Shown piece by piece: positions 1 to 5,614 of a stretch of 6,428 nt of DNA. A program made the translations under genes and the position numbers. The stretch is from Octopus sinensis (lineage: Eukaryota). Every line of letters starts with the position of its first letter. Position 1 is the first letter of the stretch. Where the stretch lies: contig NW_021829317.1 of assembly GCF_006345805.1 (NCBI RefSeq), positions 1 through 6,428 on the forward strand, written 5' to 3'. A model generated the notes under the pieces. It was not told the DNA's origin. It saw nothing but the letters and a program-made list of their open reading frames with translations, and ran no database searches.

Positions 1-36
1 CTATAAAACGAAACAAAAATACTAAACATAAAAGAC
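1..36 (-). other. Candidate 3' splice acceptor (T-rich tract + TAG) ending at the window edge
   Basis: Minus strand reads GTCTTTTATGTTTAGTATTTTTGTTTCGTTTTATAG, with the AG at 2..1. TACTAAC occurs at 97..91 and TCCTTAAC at 68..61. The downstream exon would lie outside the window. Confidence 0.35.
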
Positions 37-169
37 CATCTAGACATGAAGAGAAGGGTCGTTAAGGAGTGTTCAAGATTCATATTCCCTGTTAGTACAT
101 GAATTAATCCCCTTCCAAACATCCAGGTACATATTAGCCACCCAGCTGCATCCTCAAGCACTTTCTTTT

Positions 170-204
170 CTACTCACCTGAGAGAAATATTGTAAAAAAT
201 AAAG
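170..204 (-). other. Overlapping acceptor/donor motif (YnCAG|GTGAGT)
   Basis: Minus strand reads CTTTATTTTTTACAATATTTCTCTCAG|GTGAGTAG, junction between 178 and 177. All three frames after the AG hit a stop within 8 codons. Confidence 0.3.
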
Positions 205-339
205 GCATTCATGGAGTGATAACTGCACTATAAATAGCCCCAACAGCCGTTATCACAGTGCTGGGATATACACAACAAATGATTTGCGTAAAGCAACAGC
301 AACAGGCTCAGTCTACTTCACCCACCTTCACCTTCCCTG

Positions 340-570
340 TAACCAGCAGCAGAATCTACTGAGCGAAGAAGGTTCTACACGATTGTTCGATCTGCTAGGA
401 ATAGCAGCCAAATCTTTCTCAACCCGCACTCGCTAGTATTTGTTAAAAGAGCACATTGGATAATGTAGTCCGAGATACACTGCGTCAAAAACAAAAAGAG
501 TATGATCAAAGCTGGAGTATCTTTAATTATAGGTCTTTTCCCATATGGGTGCCCTGGAGTTAACAACAAT
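340..570 (+). mobile_element. Possible decayed 3' part of a SINE-like repeat ending in an AAC-type tail
   Basis: Ends in ...ccctggagttaacaacaat. Wording such as tgttcgatctgctaggaatagcagccaaatct and cacattggataatgtagtcc resembles octopus repeats as I recall them. No pol III boxes seen and boundaries are approximate. Confidence 0.3.
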
Positions 571-640
571 GGACATACAGGAACACACTAAAGAGTGAAG
601 ATGTTACACGTCCAAACAGTCACGCAGCAACTCTTGTGGA

Positions 641-840
641 TATCTATTTCTTTACTACCCACAAGTGGCTAAACACAGAGAGGACAAACAAGGGCAGACA
701 AACGGATTAAGTCGATTACATCGACCCCAGTGCATAACTGGTACTTAATTTAACGACCCCGAAAGAATGAAAGGCAAAGTCGACCTCGGCGGAATTTGAA
801 CTGAAAACGTAACGGCAGACGAAATACGGCTATGCATTTT
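641..840 (-). mobile_element. tRNA-derived SINE, family A, 5'-truncated or 5'-degenerate
   Basis: Reverse complement gttcaaattccgccgaggtcgactttgcctttcattctttcggggtcgttaaattaagtaccagt...ggggtcgatgtaatcgact aligns with the plus-strand copies at 5131-5571. B-box-like GTTCAAATTC lies within 791-803. Confidence 0.85.
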
Positions 841-972
841 CACTCCTCCTAGCTACTCCGGCTCTCCTACAGAAATGCGAAACTGATTGGGAAAGTCATG
901 TATGGTTTTTATAACGCTTTGTTGACAAAAATACAAGTGCTTATTTTTTGTCTAATGGATTCGTAGACGATA

Positions 973-1049
973 TACATGTATTATATATATATATTATATA
1001 TCTATATATATAGATATATATATATATATATAATATATATATATATGTA
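973..1049. repeat. Interrupted (TA)n microsatellite
   Basis: Direct inspection. Confidence 0.95.
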
Positions 1050-1336
1050 CTCATGATGTATGTATGTATACGCTAATATCGGACAGTTAGAATGAATGGT
1101 AAAACCGCATTGGTGGATATACAAAATTGAGACAAGTACCAACACTTCCATGTGACACGCATGAACAATCGCGAAGATCTCTTACATGAAACCATTGGAT
1201 GCGTTTGTTAAACTACAAACAAAAGAACGTGTGTGTATGTTTGTGCATATATATATATATATATATAATTTTTTTTTCGTAATGCGATAAAAAAAAAACA
1301 AGGCTGTGTAGATTTTAGAACATTTATAGACAGAAG

Positions 1337-1384
1337 GTCTTACAGCTATTTCCAGGATATTTATTATATCCTTTCATCAGAGAC
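1337..1384 (-). ncRNA. Minimal type I hammerhead ribozyme motif, intact core
   Basis: Minus strand: GUCU-CUGAUGA-A-AGGAUAU(AAUAA)AUAUCCU-G-GAAA-UAGCUG-UA-AGAC. Stem I is GUCU/AGAC, stem II is 7 bp, and helix III AUAGCUGU is self-complementary with G-U pairs. GUA cleavage is predicted between 1341 and 1340. Confidence 0.75.
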
Positions 1385-1425
1385 GGTGTGAGAGGATGGT
1401 TAAATAATAGTTAATTTCTCACACC

Positions 1426-1473
1426 GTCTCCGATGAAAGGATATAATAAATATCCTGGAAATAGCTGTAAGAC
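1426..1473 (+). ncRNA. Minimal type I hammerhead ribozyme motif with core variant CCGAUGA
   Basis: Mirror copy of 1337-1384: GTCT 1426-1429, CCGATGA 1430-1436, stem II 1438-1456, GAAA 1458-1461, GTA 1467-1469, AGAC 1470-1473. The conserved U4 is C here, so activity is probably reduced. Confidence 0.6.
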
Positions 1474-1689
1474 CTTCTGTCTATAAATGTTCTAAAATCT
1501 AATCAGCCTTGGTTTTTTACTCTCATTACGAAAAAAAATTTATATACACACGCTGACATATGACCAACATTGAACCCCTTATCCGCATACTCACCTAACC
1601 TGGAACTTAACTATGGTCTATCTATAGCACTTATTCAGCATTACTTGACACCTTTGGGTCTCAATGACACCATTACCTTTCATAACCTA

Positions 1690-1717
1690 TATTATATATA
1701 TATATATATATATATAC

Positions 1718-1757
<40 letters not shown>
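1690..1757. repeat. Compound (TA)n(TG)n microsatellite
   Basis: Direct inspection. Confidence 0.95.
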
Positions 1758-1759
<2 letters not shown>

Positions 1760-1953
1760 TACCGTTGGCGATTTTTTTCCTACGTCTTCCCTTCCTTGGA
1801 TCTTTCCTTGTCCTTTGTTTCTGACGAAGAGCTCCGCTCGAAACGTTAAATCCTCCTTCTTTCTTTCCTTTCCTGAGCCTCCAATAACACTATACTTGTT
1901 CCATGTCCTCGCGTTGTTGTGTTTTCTCTTTGTGTTTCCATGTTTGGATTAAC
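1758..1953 (+). mobile_element. ~196-bp pyrimidine-rich non-coding unit with a hammerhead motif; putative non-autonomous Penelope-like/retrozyme-like element
   Basis: Sharp boundaries against (TG)n on the left and (TA)n on the right. It contains the hammerhead at 1817-1851 followed by a ~100-nt T-rich tail. Only one copy is in the window, so mobility is inferred. Confidence 0.55.
1817..1851 (+). ncRNA. Minimal type I hammerhead ribozyme motif
   Basis: GUUU-CUGACGA-A-GAGC(UCC)GCUC-GAAA-CG-UU-AAAU. Stem I is GUUU/AAAU, stem II is GAGC/GCUC, and helix III ACGU is palindromic. GUU cleavage is predicted after 1847. Confidence 0.75.
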
Positions 1954-2020
1954 TATATATATATATATATATATATTGCATATCCATAAATATATAGTCA
2001 CACACACACACACACACATA
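1954..2020. repeat. (TA)n and (CA)n microsatellites
   Basis: Direct inspection. Confidence 0.9.
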
Positions 2021-2317
2021 TTCGCATACTGCAATACTCATAGTACTTTCAGTACATGTGTAGCTTGGTAGATAGATGATGTTATGCCACTGTGTTCTTT
2101 CTGAAAATATATTTAGACTAAATAGAATCTGTTTACCATTCAGTTTGATTGAAGGCCAATCAAGATGTGAATCTTTGGCATTGGTATCAAAGAAGAATTG
2201 TTGAAAAATCCTGAAATTCTTCATTCTTCTTTGAAAATAAATGTCAAAGGAAATACCATCATTCACCAATTCAACAAAAACAGAAACAAGATCAATAGTA
2301 TCACTAATTAAATACCT

Positions 2318-2358
2318 ACGCGTGCGTGCATGTGTGTTTGTGTGTGTGTGTGTGTGTG
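2318..2358. repeat. (TG)n microsatellite
   Basis: Direct inspection. Confidence 0.9.
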
Positions 2359-2449
2359 TTAGCGTGCTTGAGTGTAAAAGACATGAGATATTTCGAAGTT
2401 ATACGAGAAATTGTTTTTGAACAAAGCAATCAGAAAGACGGCTTGAGTA

Positions 2450-2451
<2 letters not shown>

Positions 2452-2491
<40 letters not shown>

Positions 2492-2512
2492 TGTGTGTGT
2501 GTGTGTGTGTGT
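2452..2512. repeat. (TG)n microsatellite
   Basis: Direct inspection. Confidence 0.95.
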
Positions 2513-2765
2513 AAGGGTGCTTGGTCTAGTGGCTACGGTTTTGCACTCACGACCGTATGGTCGAGGTTTCAATTCCCTAGACCAAGGGGTGCATTGTGTT
2601 CCTGAGCAAAACAATTGATCGTACGTTCTTCCGCGATCACTTCGAAGCCAGGTGTGTGGTACACCGTGAACATTTTCAGGCAATGTTGATTTGATGGAGG
2701 GAGTGACCTAAGGTACGGCACATGCATTTGATCACTAGAAACAAATCATTTGTGCAGATCGTCGT
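2513..2765 (+). mobile_element. tRNA-derived SINE, family C, diverged
   Basis: A-box-like TGGTCTAGTGG at 2522-2532 and B-box-like GGTTTCAATTCC at 2565-2576, followed by the SINE-typical segment ttgtgttcctgagcaaaac. The 3' boundary is approximate. Confidence 0.65.
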
Positions 2766-2794
2766 CTTTGAGGAGAGATTCCATCATTACTATT

Positions 2795-2949
2795 ATATGT
2801 GTGTGTGTATACATACATACATGTGTGTGTGTGTGGTGTGTGTGTGTGTGTGTGTGGTGTGTGTGTTTGTGTGTGTCTGTGTGTCTGTGTGTGTGTGAGT
2901 GTGTGTACGTATCTATATATCTATATACCCATAGTTGGAATATATGTAT
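2795..2949. repeat. Compound (TG)/(TACA)/(TA) microsatellite region
   Basis: Direct inspection; it explains ORF 2750..2974. Confidence 0.85.
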
Positions 2950-3368
2950 AGGCGCAGGAGTGGCTGTGTGGTAAGTAGCTTGCTAACCAGCCACATGGTT
3001 CCGGGTTCAGTCCCACTGCGTGACATCTTGGGCAACTGTCTTCTGCTATAGCCCGGGCCGACCAATGCCTTGTGAGTGGATTTGGTAGACGGAACTGAAA
3101 GAAGCCTGTCGTATATATGTATATTATATATACTATATATGTATGTGTGTGTGTATTTGTGTGTCTGTGTTTGTCCCCCTAGCATTGCCTGACAACCGAT
3201 GCTGGGTGTTGTTTACGTCACCCGTCACTTAGGGTTCGGCAAAAGAGACCAATAGAATAAGTACTGGGCTTACAAAGAATAAGTTCCGGGGTCGATTTGC
3301 TCGACTAAAGGCGGTGCTCCAGCATGGCCGCAGTCAAATGACTGAAACAAGTAAAAGAGTAAAGAGAG
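2950..3368 (+). mobile_element. Full-length tRNA-derived SINE, family B, with an internal (TA)/(TG) microsatellite
   Basis: A-box TGGCTGTGTGG at 2961-2971 and B-box-like GGTTCAGTCC at 3004-3013. Internal microsatellite at about 3112-3170. The 3' end gaaacaagtaaaagagtaaagag is a short-repeat tail. Resembles recalled octopus SINEs. Confidence 0.85.
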
Positions 3369-3554
3369 TATGTATGTATAGATAGATAGAGTGAGAGAGA
3401 TAGAAAGATGTATGCATGCATAGATGCATGCAGAAGAAAACAAGGAGGAAGAAGACGAGGACAAAAAGATGAAGAAAAAATATCAGTTAATGATACAAAA
3501 CTTATTTTCAGCTGTTAACTGAACTGGAAGAATTGCAGAACAGTACGTCTGTGA

Positions 3555-3629
3555 GAATGTGTATGTATGTGTGTACGTATGCATAAGCATGTATATATTA
3601 TATATATATATATATTATATATATATATA
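3555..3629. repeat. (TG)/(TA)n microsatellite
   Basis: Direct inspection. Confidence 0.9.
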
Positions 3630-4537
3630 GGTAAACAGTAAAGAAAATACAGACATGGACAAGAACATGAAACACCACAGGGACGACACAAGAACAACAG
3701 GACGGGACATTCGAAGCCCTCAGTCATCAGTCAAGAACCAGATCATCTTAGCAATTTCGGCTGATTATCTGAGATTGCTCCGATATGGCAGCAGCCAGGG
3801 AGGGAAATCTAAGCCAAGCGCATTAGATCCCCTGAAGAAAGCTTCGAAGGTATACAACGAAAGGACGGAAAACGATCGAAGTACACAAACAAAAATACAG
3901 AATACGTGACACCAATAAGAATACAAAAACGTAAAAACAATAACGGTAAAAATAAAAAATAAACAACAAAACAAAACCAAGACGTAGGACAAGGGTCTTT
4001 CGACAGGACGATTTGAGTAGGGGCTGGCTTGTGAAGTTGTGCCTAAGGCCACGGGGAGACGAACAAATCCGTGTTGCTTCTGAGGCTGCTGAAAACGAAA
4101 AGAGCGCTCAACAGCGGCTAGCTGTCACGTGAGAACAAAAGACAGGAGAAAGGGACAGATGAAAAGGAGAGAAGGTGGACGAGGGAGGAGAAGAAAGAGA
4201 CAGATCGAGGGGGCTGGAGGTGAGATGAGAGAGAAAGAGAAACGTAGAAAGGGGGGGGGGACGGATGGAGAGGGAAAGAACGGAAGTGGAATAAGGGAGG
4301 AGGGAGAGAGAGAGAAAAAAAGAGACAGATTAAGAGTCGTATCAAAGCTTGAGAAAAAAATACTTATCGTATAAGGACAATGTGGATACGTAGCCGCCGA
4401 TTATATAGGTAAACAGTAAATTAAATACAGACATGGACAGAACATGAAACACCACAGGGACGACACAAGAACCACAGGACGGGACATTCGAAGCCCTCAG
4501 TCATCAGTCAAGAACCAGATCATCTTAGCAATTTCGG
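3630..4537. mobile_element. ~910-bp non-coding element with ~130-bp terminal direct repeats (partial tandem, 778-bp period)
   Basis: 3630-3760 and 4408-4537 match with 3 substitutions and one 1-nt indel. It is flanked by microsatellites, has an internal GA-rich tract, and has no credible ORF. The class is unassigned. Confidence 0.75.
4140..4330. repeat. Purine-rich (GA) low-complexity tract
   Basis: Almost only G and A on the plus strand; it explains ORFs 4129..4374 and 4118..4345. Confidence 0.85.
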
Positions 4538-4539
4538 TG

Positions 4540-4620
4540 ATACATATGTATGTATGTGTATATATATACATACATACATACATACATACATACATACATA
4601 CATACATACATACATACATA

Positions 4621-4652
<32 letters not shown>

Positions 4653-4675
4653 AGAATGTACACACGTATGTATGT
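4540..4675. repeat. Compound (TATG)/(TACA)n/(TA)n microsatellite
   Basis: Direct inspection. Confidence 0.95.
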
Positions 4676-4705
4676 AGGCCAACATTTGAGTATATGGTTA
4701 TTTGT

Positions 4706-4750
4706 CTGAAAATAAAGAGAAATAAAGAATAAATGTGAAGTACAAAAAAG
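4706..4750 (-). other. Candidate 3' splice acceptor
   Basis: Minus strand reads TTTTTTGTACTTCACATTTATTCTTTATTTCTCTTTATTTTCAG|ACAAATAACC. No good downstream donor was found. Confidence 0.3.
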
Positions 4751-5130
4751 ATGAATGCAATATGTTGGATGATACATTCATTTTTACCAACTTTTTTTCT
4801 TTCGCAATGGTATGCTCATAATTGTCGTTTATAGTCAATCCATTCGCCATTAGGACACAGAGTTGTGTAGAGTTAGAAGCAATAAAGGCCCTATAATAAT
4901 TGTCATAGTTGGCGAATATAAATAAACATTGCCGATTATAATATACCTTGTAATTGCCTCGTAAACATGTAAATCGCTTTCGTAATGCTTGATAACTAGC
5001 TGACTTCTGTTGAATCTTCAACTTGTTAAGAAAATTCGTTCCGTTTCGGCGTTTTAATATGAGAGACAAAAAGAAGAAACAAGAAATGAAAAGAGAACCG
5101 GAACATATTTGTATTATTATTTATTATTAT

Positions 5131-5360
5131 AAGACGGCGAACTGGCAGAATCGTTACCACAGCGGACAAAATGTTTAGCAGCATTTCGCTCGTTTGCACG
5201 TTCTGAGTTCAAATTCCGCCGACGTCGACTTTGTCTTTCATCCTTTTGGGTTCGATAAAATAAGTACCAGTTGAATACTGGTGTTGATGTAATCGACTAA
5301 TCCGCTCCCCCAAAATCCCAGGCCTTGTGCCTAAGTAGAAAGGATTATTATTATGATTAT
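5131..5360 (+). mobile_element. tRNA-derived SINE, family A, full length with (ATT)n tail
   Basis: A-box-like TGGCAGAATCG at 5143-5153 and B-box-like GAGTTCAAATTC at 5205-5216. Central segment tttcatccttttgggttcgataaaataagtacc. Tail gattattattatgattat. Confidence 0.9.
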
Positions 5361-5571
5361 AAGGCGGCGACTAGGCAGAATCGTTACCACACCGGGCAAA
5401 ATGCTTCGCGGCATTCCGTCCATCTTTACGTTCTGGGTTCAAATTACGTCGAGGTTGACTTTGCCTTTCATCCTTTCGAGGTCGATAAAATAAGTTTCAA
5501 TTGAATCCTAGATCCATCGTCTTGACCTCTAACTCAAAATTGCTAGCCTTGTGCGAAAATTTGAAATCAAT
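5361..5571 (+). mobile_element. tRNA-derived SINE, family A, second head-to-tail copy
   Basis: Aligns with 5131-5340 through head and centre; B-box-like GGGTTCAAATT at 5435-5445. Its 3' end gccttgtgcgaaaatttgaaatcaat differs. Confidence 0.9.
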
Positions 5572-5614
5572 ATAAGAAAAAAAGAGAAACACGAAATGAA
5601 AAAGAACCGGCACC

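Larger units (their letters stand above)
1262..1546. mobile_element. Long inverted repeat (palindromic element), probably inverted Penelope-like terminal repeats; MITE is the alternative
   Basis: 1309-1393 is the reverse complement of 1417-1501 (85 nt, one mismatch: A1379 vs C1431), with a 23-nt spacer at 1394-1416. Looser pairing continues outward (caaggctg/cagccttg, cgtaatg/cattacg, T-run/A-run) into TA repeats. Confidence is for the inverted repeat; the class is inferred. Confidence 0.9.

Noticed and set aside
1570-2034. ORFs with YI/CV/HT runs here, and at 2326-2974 and 4444-4777
   Set aside because: They are translations of (TA), (TG) and (TACA) microsatellites.
2076-2106. ERTQWHNII resembles the SSB motif ERTEWHNIV
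   Set aside because: The flanking OB-fold residues and spacing do not match; a short chance similarity.
2951-3025. tRNA gene, also considered at 2520-2580 and 5133-5220
   Set aside because: Pol III boxes are present, but there is no full cloverleaf or acceptor stem, and the sequence continues into SINE bodies.
3512-3550. Plus-strand 39-nt micro-exon (TTTTCAG|LLTELEELQNSTS|GTGAGA)
   Set aside because: Short pyrimidine tract, weak donor context and no other plus-strand gene evidence; expected by chance.
3705-3770. Type I or type II hammerhead fold on the minus strand of the terminal repeat
   Set aside because: CUGAUGA and GAAA are present, but stem I does not form in any register I tried. 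Not called as a ribozyme; kept only as a lead.
3826-3856. CTGAAGA-AAGCTT-CGAAGGTATAC, hammerhead-like
   Set aside because: No GAAA, no viable stem II loop, no A15.1-U16.1 pair and no stem I.
3655-4374. ORFs 3655..3909, 3765..4052, 4118..4345 and 4129..4374
   Set aside because: They lie within a repeat or low-complexity tract, and show no RT, gag, integrase or recombinase motifs.
3630-4537. CRISPR array or classical LTR retrotransposon
   Set aside because: Only two long repeats with no repeat-spacer periodicity. No TG...CA ends, PBS or TSD were seen.
5009-5022. GTTGAA-TC-TTCAAC inverted repeat
   Set aside because: A 6-bp stem with a 2-nt loop is expected by chance.
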